64,000 nucleotides of DNA from Phoronis australis. Lineage: Eukaryota > Animalia > Phoronida. The notes under the pieces are model-generated. The model was given only the letters and a program-made list of their open reading frames with translations, was not told where the DNA came from and made no database searches. This document shows, piece after piece, positions 34,813 to 46,501 of this stretch. Position numbers and translations under genes: made by a program. Location: contig NMRA01000361.1 in the NCBI GenBank assembly GCA_002633005.1, positions 248,001-312,000 of the forward strand, read 5' to 3'. The stretch's first letter is position 1; every line of letters begins with the position of its first letter.

Positions 34813-36866
34813 ATGGATGTAAAGACGTTTTCTTGCGAAGTTTGTAAACTTGCACAACACAAGTACAGATGTCCAAAATGTCGCACTAAGTAGTAAGTGT
34901 TCTGCAAAATTGTATTTTCTAACATTATGCACTTGATTTGAGACATCCGGTGGTAAATATGCCAGAAAATAGTCAAATGTTCAGTCTTCGGCTTCAACAG
35001 TTAATCTCAAGACATTCTCAATCTCATGTTTGTCTCACTCTCAGAGTCATGTGTCGAATAAATGGGCCTAATGGTCATGCGAGTCAAATATGTTTCTTTA
35101 CAAGTGTGGTGGTGTGCTGTTGTGTTTGTACCTTCTGCTTCAACAGTGACTTTTAAAATGTATTGTAAACAGAGTTGTATCATGTCTCTTAGTCTTTGTT
35201 TCCAAGCGCAATAATATTACTAAACAGAAATGGGTACAGTGTTCTCCCCAACATAACATTCTGACTCGGCTGGAATTGGAAAATCCATGTTCACGTTCGA
35301 AATTGCATGTCCATGCTTTGGGGACTTTATGCATAAAAGTCATGGAATAAATGTGCTGAACTGTTTCCAAGAATCCCAAAAGATCCTAATTTGTCGATTA
35401 AATGACTAATCTCCCAATACTCTAAACTCTTTGCACGTTAAGTTTTGAAACTTGATACAAGTAAGCTAAACCTGTCTCAACATAAAGACGAGTCAAAACA
35501 GATTGTGAAGAACCGTGGGTTGGATACTTGGGACAGGGCTGCAGATTGTGCATGTAGTGGGGGGTGATGATGACAATATGGCCAGTGTAAGTTGATTGAA
35601 AATAAGTGTTGGTTGTTGGATAGACTTAGAGTTTTCCTTTATAGACATGTTTGAATGATACCAGAAATTGCTACAGCTGCGCATAACAATTTACTGCTAT
35701 TAGCAAGACCATGAATGTGCACTTCCCTTTCAGTTGTTCTGTGGTATGTTACAAGAGTCACAAGGATGTTGGCTGCTCCGAGATAATAACCAAGTGTGAC
35801 AAAGCTGAACAACCTGGTAATACTCTCGGTATGTAGGCTGTTATGGCTTCTTTCATCTCGTTTACATTGAAGCTTGGAATTGACATACTTTAAATCAATT
35901 TATCCTTATCTGCTTAAGGCGCTTTGTTTCTGCATCTGCGTTACAAAAATTGAGTCAGTTTATACTCCGTAGAGTCTGTGCATGCCCAGTTTTCACTTCC
36001 TTACATTTCTTTATAAACAGTTATCATAAAATGTTGGGTAATTGGATTGTTTTGGTGTCATTTACTTATTTTTTATTTTGCCCATATAACAGTTAGTTTA
36101 TCAAAAGACCAGGTATGTATAAAATCGAAGATTATCGAACGTGAAGTCATGTGGTTAGTTTGGACAAAGATAGACACAGGGTCTAGGTATGCTCGTGTGA
36201 AAAATTACGTCAGTCCCTCATTTGAGGCGAGTCAATTGGATTACTGTGCATTCGCATGTGGTGAGATAAGTATCGGTTTAAATCTGTTCGAAACCACGTC
36301 CTCGAGCAGCTTTTACTTGAATCGATTTATAAGCTAAACCACCTCCGTTTACACTCTCTTCCTAAAGGTATTTGAACCGCAAACTGAGTTCAAATCTATT
36401 GAAAGTCTCCAATGTAAACGAGGTAGTAGTCTGTATTTGAAGAGTACTTGGAAGTTTAATTGAGTGGAATACGAGTGAGTTGGATTATTTTATTATGAGT
36501 GTAAGCCATACCAACATTAGACACATTGTATATCCAAAACTGAAATACTGTGTGAGTGAGTAATTTTCACTCCTGTTTATTACATATGCTTGTAATCTTT
36601 TAGAGGAAGGCGAGGTGTCGTCCGACGATGACATTGACTCTGAGGATCATGTGTCGCGTGAGAGACTTGCTATGTTGGAGAATAATGATGAACTACGGAC
36701 ATTGCTTGGCAACCGTCATTTACGTGATCTGTTGAGGTCACTGACAAGTGCTGAGGCGCCGTCACAAGCCATAGATAATGCCATGCAAGAACCTCTATTT
36801 GTCGAACTTGTTGATCAGTGCTTAAGAACGGTGGAACCAGAAAAATCTAGCCACCTAATGGTTTGA
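34813..36866 (+). CDS. ZNHIT3: Zinc finger HIT domain-containing protein 3 (box C/D snoRNP assembly factor), ~166-170 aa
   Basis: Exons 34813-34892, 35734-35828 (or 35816), probable 36093-36112 and 36368-36422, and 36604-36866. zf-HIT CEVC..KYRCPKC..YCSVVCYKSHK and C-terminal LRTLLGNRHLRDLL...AMQEPLFVELVDQCL. Confidence 0.88.
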
Positions 36867-36923
36867 TATGGCTTGCATTTGGTATGCAGCATGTGAATGT
36901 TGTCTGGCAGTTAATCCAGTGTT

Positions 36924-37411
36924 CAGGGCTTGGAATTTTCCGGGGAAACGCGGATTTCCGCTTTTTTCAAATGTTCTGTCCGCGCATTTTATTATATTTC
37001 CGCGTAAAAAAAATCTGATTTGATCTAAAATTTCTGCGGCAAATTCCTTTCTTACCGCGGCGTTGCAGACGACGTTCCCTTCGAAAAGCGGAAGTTGCTC
37101 TTTATGTTTCGGAGGAACGTAAATTGTCAACATTGCCGGGGCATCTGGGATAGCGTGGTGGGATTTTCAATGGCGTCTCGTGTTATTGTAAACCGCGGCG
37201 ACAAATACTACGGCTCTGCAGCCAAAAATGTGTGGGTTGGGAGTGGACCGACGAGCTAAAAGGACGCAGACGCATGCTACTGATGGTGGTAACGTTTTGT
37301 TGTTTTTTTTTCTTTTTTTTAGTCCTCCTGATTTTTGTCGGGCTGCGTAGCGCGCATCAGTTGGGCCTTAAAAGTTTCCGCGTTTTTTGTCATTGGTCAT
37401 TCCAAGCCCTG
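36924..37411 (+). mobile_element. ~490-bp non-autonomous hAT-like element with 6-bp TSD, copy 1 (just after ZNHIT3 stop)
   Basis: TIR CAGGGCTTGGAAT / ATTCCAAGCCCTG; AGTGTT on both sides. Highly similar to 61258-61735. Confidence 0.85.
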
Positions 37412-38781
37412 AGTGTTGCTCTTTGGCGCCTGCAACTGGAGAGGAGTCTGGCGCGGTCACAAATGATGTTGGAATTAAAGAAGTACCACTGTATCTGTGC
37501 CATTCTTTGATTTGAAATGGGTGTAGAAAATCTGTGATAGTAGTGGTACCCATTTCTTGCGTCGAACTCGGTGAGTCAGCATGCTCTCTGTTTCAGCTCA
37601 AAAATCAGATGCACGATTGCTTACTTTTCATAATGTTTACAATTTTCTTTAATGTATAATAAAATAGGGGTAAGTTTTTGTGATGAACAGATTTTTCGAC
37701 ACTAAGGTAAAGATGGCCAGTGTTTCAGGTAAAGCCTGGTGCCTGTCCAACTGCTTGAAAAGGTGCTTGGGGACATTTTAGCCTCTGGTCAATTATTAGG
37801 GGCTTTTATAGTAACCTCGATACTTCTTTGGGAAGTGTCGGTCAGTATGAACGATAAACTTCAGTCTTGTTCTGAAGTTCCGATCACAACTTAACTTTGC
37901 AAGAAACGGGTGCATTAATAGCGGAGCTTCGGTGGATTATGAAAGGTTAAAGTTGCATTTTGTATGTTTAGTTGTCATGTAAAACGTAAGTCAAGCTATT
38001 AGCCAAAGAGCCAAAACCAGTAGCTGATCTGAAATGTACTCGCAGGCAGTGGTCATTTTCGTGTGACGTAACTGAGCTAGTTTTGAATGGAAGTCATTGT
38101 TCGCCATTTTCAGTCTTCAGGGTTGGCCAACCTAAATAAAATCAATGATTTTTCTGATACATCTCTTGACCTGTTCAGCATTTGTATGTTTTTTGGTTAC
38201 ATAACACCAGTCTCGACTTTACGAAATTCAGCTTTAACTTTGTTGTTGTCGGACATATTGGCTCATGTTGCTGACTGTTTAAGCATGTGTTGTGGATTAC
38301 GTTGCGTTCAAATATTCACAATTCTATGGCTACAGTAATTTCATTTCATTATAATTTCCTAAACATACGTATATGTACAGTATTTCATATCTTAATGAAT
38401 TTTTTACCTGCGTAATGTTTCTGCTGTGCCAGCTTTCTGTGTGCATCTACCTGTGATAACTTGGTTGTCCATTAAGTACCGCAGCCATTTCAAAGATTCA
38501 TGTAACGTAGCAGTTTACATGGACGCTACTAATGTACCGTAGTTGATTTGGTTGAAAATGGCCTTTCAGCAGCCAAATTAATTTGCAATCTTGTTTACAG
38601 TTGGAGTTGTCTGTATAGACATTATCACTAGAAGAACCTTTTCAAAATATTTACCATTGGTGAAGATGTGATCGAGTCTGTCGTGTGGTTATAATAGGTT
38701 CTCATAATATCACATCCTACAGAATGGTTCATATGAGATGAGCTCGGCTCTCCTTGGTTACTTTTGGTGGGATTTGTGAAG

Positions 38782-38950
38782 CAAGGCTTGGAATTTTCTG
38801 CGGAAACGCGGATTTCCGCTTTTTTCTCTTGTTCCCTCCGCATTTTTGTTATATTTCTGCAGAAAAAAATCGGATTTTGCTATAAAATTTCTGCGGCAAA
38901 TTGGTTTCTAACTGCGGCGTTGCCAATGACTCGAAAAGCGGAAACTGCTA
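38782..38950 (+). mobile_element. 5' fragment or relative of the 36924-37411 element
   Basis: Begins CAAGGCTTGGAATTTTCTGCGGAAACGCGGATTTCCGC; similarity fades after about 170 bp. Confidence 0.65.
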
Positions 38951-39101
38951 GTTACGTTCCAGGGCACCTTGCATGGCTTGCTGGTTCCCTGCGTGCCTCT
39001 AGGTAGTACGCAGTAGCACGCGCTTTATCACTGGTTGATGTAACCTCGACAGTCATTGGTTAGCTTTACAACAAAGTGAGAAAATGGGGGATTATGAACG
39101 A

Positions 39102-40548
39102 TTTTTATGCGCCCACATATTTATATGTGGACGCATTATGCCGTCGTCTCCGGCCGTTTGTCCGGCATTGCTGCTCTATCTCCAAAACCCTTTGACATAC
39201 ATTCATGAAATTTGGCACCTTTCACGGATGGGTGGCATGAGCGAACTTTCGGACGGATCTGACGACCGGTGTGCCCCCTAGGGACAATTTCATTTTTTAT
39301 GTTTAACTCTATCTTCAAAGATCCTCTACGTATTTTCATAAAACTTGGCGTATATCCGTCTATTAGTCAGATGACGCTATCATCCCATTTTCGGATTGAT
39401 TTGACGTAGTTTGAGCCACCTAGTGCCCATTTTTACTGTTTTGGAGTCTTTTGGTGTCCACCCCTCTATCAACAAAACGGCTCTAAGGATGATTGTGAAA
39501 ATTGGCATGTATGTTCTTACTATGAAGAGGACGGCTGATGATGATTTTCTGATGATTTCGTCTACTGTGGGACCTCCTAGTGGCAGTTTTTTTTGTTTGC
39601 TTCCATGGCTGTATCTCCTAAACCGTTTGCAGGATCTTTGCTAAATTTAGCAAGTGTATTTATATTATGTTCACAACGAATGACAACAACTTTCTGACTA
39701 CCAGTGTTCCCCTAGTGGCAATTTTAGTTTTTTAGGTTGATCTCTGTATCTTCAAAGGTCCCCAACAGATTTTCAGAAAATTTGGAAAAAAGATGTCAGT
39801 TGGTGAGATCATGCTATCCTCGGATGGAATCGAGGTACTTTGCGACACCTAGTGGCCATTTTTCCTGTTTTCGAGTCTGTTTTTTGGCGTCCCCAGTCGA
39901 TCAACCAAACCTTTCTAAGGATGATTTTGAAAATTGGCTTATATGTTCTCAGTGTGAAGAGAGCGGTTGACTATGACGAATTCGACTACTGTGGCACCTC
40001 CTAGTGGTAGTTTTGTTTTGTTTTGCGCCCATAGCTGCATCTCCTTAACACACTGCATGATCTTTATTAAATTTAGTAATTGTATTTTTAGGAAGCTAAC
40101 ACAGATGACGTCTTTCAGGCCCATCCATTGAACCCTGTGCCCCATAGTGGCCATTTCCTTTTTTCCGTTTTCCTTCGTTTCTCTGAAGTTTCTTGACTGA
40201 TATTTATGAAATTTGGTAAATGGCTTTCTATTAAAGAAACGATGGTATTTTCCCGTTCTCAGTTGGATTTGATGTTTTTGCGGCATCTAGTGGCTTTTTT
40301 ATGAAACAAACAAAACAACCTTAGAAGCACACCGTTAGCGGTGCATTCGTAGGCAGTGGCGGATTTAGAGGGGGGCCAAGGGTCCATGGCACCCCTAAAA
40401 TTCTCCCAGATTCCATTAGGCAGTTCGGAGGTGCGAAAATCTGACGGGCAAAAGCGTGGCTACTATGTTGCCCTGGCCCCCCTCCCAACTCAAAATCCTA
40501 GATCCGCCCCTGGTAGGCGCATTTCAACGCTCCGCGTTGCGCTTGTTA
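39102..40548 (+). mobile_element. Helentron-associated non-autonomous element (HINE/DINE-1-like) with internal degenerate tandem core repeats, interrupted by a MITE
   Basis: TTTTTAT followed by inverted pair GCGCCCAC..GTGGACGC, a GTCC-like microsatellite, repeated ~90-150-bp units containing (CAC)CTAGTGG and AAATTTGG, and a 3' hairpin AACGCTCCGCGTT then CTTGTT. Related sequence at 50246-50806 and ~25400-25700 (minus). Confidence 0.6.
40354..40512 (+). mobile_element. CAGTGGCGGAT MITE nested in the 3' end of the HINE-like element
   Basis: TIR CAGTGGCGGATTTAG / CTAGATCCGCCCCTG; 5-bp TSD GTAGG on both sides. Confidence 0.8.
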
Positions 40549-43500
40549 TCCTTATCACGCAAGTAGCGTAGCAGCAACTATTTCGTTTCTGCAGTAGACT
40601 AATGTTTAATAGCCGCGTGCTTGAGGCACATACATGTATAATAAACACGCCGTCATCTGGCCGATTTAACTAGTGTGTTATTCATACTGTATGAATACAG
40701 GACAGCAACGTAAACAAAAGTCAACGGCAGTAGAAAGATGCACTCCGAAAAGGCGCAACCACGATTTTCTGGGATTTACACTTCTTGAACATGAATTTTA
40801 AGGCTCCGATTTGTCTGTACTTCAGACCACGTTTACACTTCCATCAGTCATGCCGCTGTCTGTTGAGAATTCGAACAGCCAATCAAAAACGCCGATGTAA
40901 ACAAAATTCCTGAGGAAAATTAAGCGATGCCTGCGTGCTGGCTACCACCTGTCGGCACGCAGGGAAACAGCGAGCTGGGATGGGAGCTGAACAACTTGAA
41001 AGTCAACGAGCCCATCCAGGTATGCAACAGTTACATCTGTTGTCGAAAATCATGATTCTATTTTTGGAGTGCGGGGATTCCTAGACACTCTTTTACATAG
41101 GAATGGAATTCTTACTGCTTACTAAGGCCATGGGCTCAGAATTTCAGAAATGCTCAATCAGTCACCTTACAACTCCAAGCTTCTGAAAACAGGTCTGCCG
41201 GTAATAGAAGTCGGGATTTCTTGTCTTGACAAGAGTATAAATTCGGAATTTTCAGCGCTGCTGAATTTAAATTTCTCAGTTCTTCTAACTTTCAAAAATA
41301 GAAACCTCCCAGTTCTGTAATACTTTCATGTGGAGAATTTCTCGCTTACACTGGTCACCGCTCAGATTCCCTTAACCCCAGCCAACTTCTAGGATGCCTA
41401 TTCAGCACGCCCTTTGCATTGATGTAGATCTGAGCTAATGAAGTGGAAAGGTAATTGCTAGCATTACTGCCTCAACAATGGTTGCTCTTAGTACCCCCAA
41501 TTTGGTTTCCTCTGACATTTGCAGAGTTACAGCCTGCAACTCTGGAGAGTAGTTTTAACTTGGTACATTATAAATATTACAAAATGACTAAAAAGGTTAA
41601 CTTGTGTTTATCTTCACAAAGGGCCACTTCCCAAAGGAACGGTATGTTTCATATTGGTTTTCGTTATTAAATTTTTAATGCTTCTGCCCACTTGTTTTTT
41701 TTCACCGGGAACGGGTTGATAACTTTTTATCTAAGTTTTATACCTAAAGTAGCAAAACCGTGATAGATTTTAATCGCCAGCAAAACTTAGTTAAGTTCAT
41801 TGTGAGTCCATCCCTAAACTTTCCACATTACAGGTACACTTAATATTTCGCGTGTCATTAAAGTTTAATTTTTATTAGAAAGCAATCATAAAATATATAC
41901 AAAAGTAATCACACGTCTCTCTTGTCACAATAGCAGTGGCTTTCTGGTTCCAATAGCGATATTCAGTTGAATCTCATTGGCGGGAAATACAAAAATCACG
42001 TGACAAGTCGAAGCTTCGCGCATTCTCTCCCCGTTGTTCTATTAGATGCACTCAGTGGGCAGTGCCGACAAACTCAGTTACGCCACGCCCACCATAGTTA
42101 CCTCTTGCGCAGTCCCACTGAGCGCAAACCAAAAATGGAATTCGGTCCCCAGCATACAAACTACGTGAATAGGTTCTTTTAAATGGAGTTCCTCATGTGG
42201 CGCCAAAGCATCACAAAGGCCTTAGGAGGAAGAGGGAAAGCTGTAATTAATTGAGCTCATTCACAGATGACTTACAAATTCACATGAACTTTGAGCGTTA
42301 TTCGTGTGTCAGATCGCTTCTGGGTCCCGCAGTTATTCACATAGCACAAATAGCCTACAACTGTATGAGGCGGGTTGAGAGGGTAGTAGTAGCTAAGAGG
42401 AAAAACGTTGGGCAAGGAAAGAAAATGATGGGCAAAGAAATTCATTCATATTGTGGAGCATTTCGGATATGAAAAAAGTGTTTCATGAGGATTCACTGAC
42501 GGTGATAAATTTGCCTTGTACGCTTTAACTGTGGGTTGCGGTCAATCTAGTATCGCCGACTCAGATCTTGAAAAATGCGGGTTCATACATCCTTGTGATT
42601 TTTTTCAAAATGTTTTATTTTAGATTATTCGGGCCAATATTTTTAAAGAGCATAAGCAAAATTTTGGCCCAAAATAGCCCATTTTGGTGCACATAGGTAA
42701 AGTAAGTAAAGCCGTTTTAAAACGGTGCAATTGAAAGGTAGAGATAAAATGTTTACATTTTTTTTTGTAAAAATTGAACCTTTCTATCAAAAGACAGTCT
42801 TTTCACTTTTAAAGAGGTTTCCCACCTGAATTTGAGCGCAAAATGTAGTAAATTCTGTCCGTTTTTGTGTGTAACCATTTATTAAGTGCTTTGGGGGCCA
42901 ATTTGTGGTATGCTGGTGATTTCAAATAATATTTTCTTGTCAGTTTTCTGTATCACCAAGAAACTAAAAAAATAAATATTGGGCTTTTTGTTTGTTTCCA
43001 ACTAGCCCGGATTATGGAAGGAACGTACCATCTCTTTCTTGATTACGGGCATTCGGCAGTTGTAACTTGTGAACCTCATCAAGGTGCTTCATTATTTTTT
43101 TGCAAATATATTTCTGTGACTGTGACAATGGTGGGCATCTATAGTGTGCTGTGTGGACTTTCTGTAGCCTGCCCAAGTAAAAATTAGAAAGTAACTCCAT
43201 GTTTTCAGACGCAAAATAGGGTCTGACTGTATTCTGGAGATTCCTCATGAAGTCTTCAGCGATCAATCATTATAAATATAGACGAAAATTTTACCACTGT
43301 GAATTTTTTAGACGTACGTCGATAGATCGTTGTCTGAGGGGTGTTCACGACGGCGGTGCAACATTCGTGGTTTCAAGCCAAATGAACGAGACAAGAAAAT
43401 GTTATTGTTTTTTGAACCGTGAAAAACACGAAAAACCACTGTAGACGTCAAAAATGCGAACAGAGAAAGGAATATTTGAAGAAAAATTGAAAGAACTTAT

Positions 43501-45429
43501 AAATTATTCAGATTCCGCGAGTTTGATGACGTCTTAGCCCGCTCGGTTCGGCCCTTGCTCACGAGACCACCAAGTAAACCTTCATGCAAAACTACAGTGC
43601 ATTAAGCCGTAAAAGTTGGTTGATAACTTTCTAGAGACACGTAGAAGAGTAAAGATTTTGTTGTAGCTGCTAGGTATATGTCAAGTGAAATTAATTATTT
43701 TTCATTGACGTCAAGAATTTCGTCTGGTCCTCCTGGTAGCCAAACCGTGTCTTTTATTTGATGGCGTCACAGGGCACTCCGTCCGGCGTGACGTCATAAA
43801 AGAAATGCATCCACACATTTATCTTTTAACCGAGTTTTTGCGGGTGCCAATTTGATATCTTGTACAAGTACGCCAATTAGTGCTAGCATACAGCAGAGGT
43901 AGAAAGAAACAAAACGGTAGACAATCATCCATAGACAAACTAGTTATTGGTTGAGTATGCTGTACTTGAAACTTAGGGGTACATTCCCACTTTTAGTAGA
44001 GTTTAGAGATGCATTCATTCAAAATCCCATTTACGCTGCTGAATGATCCGTAAAGGATCTGGAGCCAGGATCTAATCTTTTTACTGGAAAATGAAATTGT
44101 TTTTAACTTTTTCTGTTTTATTTTTGTGTAAACTCGAGATATAATTTCTGTTTTTCCCGGTGCTCCAGTCTGTTAGGGTTAGTTATGTCTAGTCTAAATT
44201 CGCACTTGATAAACACAAAATTTAAGCTACAAACTGTAGATTTCTAGTATAAAATGGAAATTTCGAGTTGAGACTGGGGTCATCAAGTGCAATCCAGGGT
44301 TTGACAGCCATTCACATAAGTCGCATTTATCTTGCCAGTTTCAGTTGGACACTGACTGCTAGGCAGACTGAAATGTGAAAAATAATTTTGAATTAGATTT
44401 CAAACATGAATATTAAACCCCGGGCGCTGGTCGTGCATAGTCAATATTTCCACAAATATTCTGCTCATGCACATTGTAGCTGAATTCACCAAACTAACGG
44501 TTTGGTGAATTAATTAAAGTACAATTTTGTTGTCTCCGATTGCCAAAAAGTACTGCTACTCTTTAGCGCCATCTATTAGATTTTTGTGAAATTGCTGTTT
44601 TCGTGCTGCCATCTATTGATGCAGCTTGTAACTAGAATTGCGTGAATCGATTTGGAGAACTTGTCAAATAGTCAAGAAGTTATATCTGAAATTCACCCGT
44701 ATATTCAGGAGTTATTCAATATTTCAATCTGCTAGCAGCTTTATCTCACCATGTGTGACATGTAGTTACTATTAGGTAAGACTCTGTCTTATGTTTGGAC
44801 CCTTTTCCACGAAGATAGGAACTGAGTGAATGTGTTGCTGTGTGTTGGCCAGTTTTCACTTTCACTGGCTTCAGTCGGGTTTTCAATTTAATTTCCCTGC
44901 CTCTGGATTTAATGAGAATCTTGGTTTTCGTTGACGTAGGATAAACCCTATTTTTATATTTTGAATGACGGGGGTTAGTACTGCCAGTAAGTGTGACTCG
45001 GTCTGGGGATCTGACTGAAGATGTTTAAAATGTCAAAACCCAGTTCGACAAAACATGGCCGTCCGCAGTGAATTTGTTGAATATGCAATGGTGGGCGTTT
45101 AGGTGAATGTGAAGGTAAACTGAACTCGTACGGTAAAGTACACGTTATACATTTTTCCTCTGTCTGAATGTAAATATGGCTGAACTAAATGTGACAATGA
45201 TTTGATGTGTTGTTTTATTTAAAACGACACTCTAATCATATGTGCATTGTATTATAATCAGCCCCTCGACAAAAAGCTATAGCATCAAGGCTAAGGGCTG
45301 ATTAAAGATGCCTGGGGTCTGATTGAATTAAGTAACCAAACGAGATCTGTCTGTAGGCCTATTGCAGCGTAGGCACGTAACTGGTCTGTACCCTAAATAA
45401 GTATTACAGACTGGTGTAAAATTTTACCA

Positions 45430-45819
45430 CTGATGCCTGCACCCGGCAAACTAATTTTGCGTACTTCAATTTGGTGTGGGTTGGTGAGACAAACTGATGC
45501 CTGCGCCAGTCTGAAAGTACTGTTAGCTCCCAAATTTCTGCCAGTTGTTCATAGGTTTTTTAACGGTTATCACAACGGAAATTGATTACATTGAGTGTGG
45601 AGTGGTGAGCAACACTCCCCCCATGTGATTAATCCATATGACCTGCATATGTGAGCACTCATTGTCATCAATTTTGGTTCTGATAAGCGTTAAAAATTCC
45701 ATAAGTCACTTCCAGTAATTTGGGAACTTAGTCTGGCTTCAGTTTGGCGCAGGTATCAGTTTGGCTCACCAATCCACACCAAAACGAGGTGTAGCAAATC
45801 ACTTTAGCACAGGCATCAG
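45430..45819. repeat. Long imperfect inverted repeat (foldback / MITE remnant)
   Basis: Arms of ~105 bp: CTGATGCCTG...GGTGTGGGTTGGTGAGACAAACTGATGCCTGCGCCA...TCCCAAATT versus AATTTGGGA...TGGCGCAGGTATCAGTTTGGCTCACCAATCCACACC...CAGGCATCAG. Confidence 0.65.
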
Positions 45820-46501
45820 ACCTAGGCTTTGTGTGAATTTAAACCAAATTTCCCTGGCTTCAAAAATAAGGTAGTAACTCTTGGTTAATCTTTCTTTGGA
45901 GTGACCCTATGAGTAAGATTGAGACACAGTTTACGAAAAAGTCTGTATAGCGTATGGCTTTAGATTTAAAACTACTGTGTGTAAAATTCAAAATATCTGC
46001 ATTTAAAAATGCTCTGTTAAGTAATAAGTGAAAGTTGAAATTGTTTATGCCTTAGGGAATGCCACACCACTTAATCCAACATATGACCATTGAGCCTGGC
46101 AAAAGTGATTCTGGTCATGAAATATCAAAGGGAAATTGTTAAGGTTATTTATCACATGCACTCCTTCTTGTGTTGTTCAAACATTTTCTTTGACATCCTT
46201 GCAAATTCTCTAGAGCAAGTTTAGAATGTGGCAAGTGACGTCTAAACACAAAGATCAAAGGAATCACGTTCGGGAAATCCCTAAAATGACATGGAATGTT
46301 TCCTTGAAGGCTTGAGAACAGCAGAATTTTTATATAGGAAAATGACGTTCTTAATTAGCTTACCCACCAGGCAGAATCACTGAACAGTGTTGTGTCAAAT
46401 CCTAACGCATCAATGTACTCATCATGGTTTGCACTTAAGTCTTTGTCTTATTATTGATTTAATTTGATTTGATTTAGCCTTGAAGATGTGGTAGAGTACC
46501 A

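Noticed and set aside
42500-43900. Possible transposase remnant or gene in the intergenic block
   Set aside because: It looks repeat-derived, but I could not define termini, a second copy or any protein motif.
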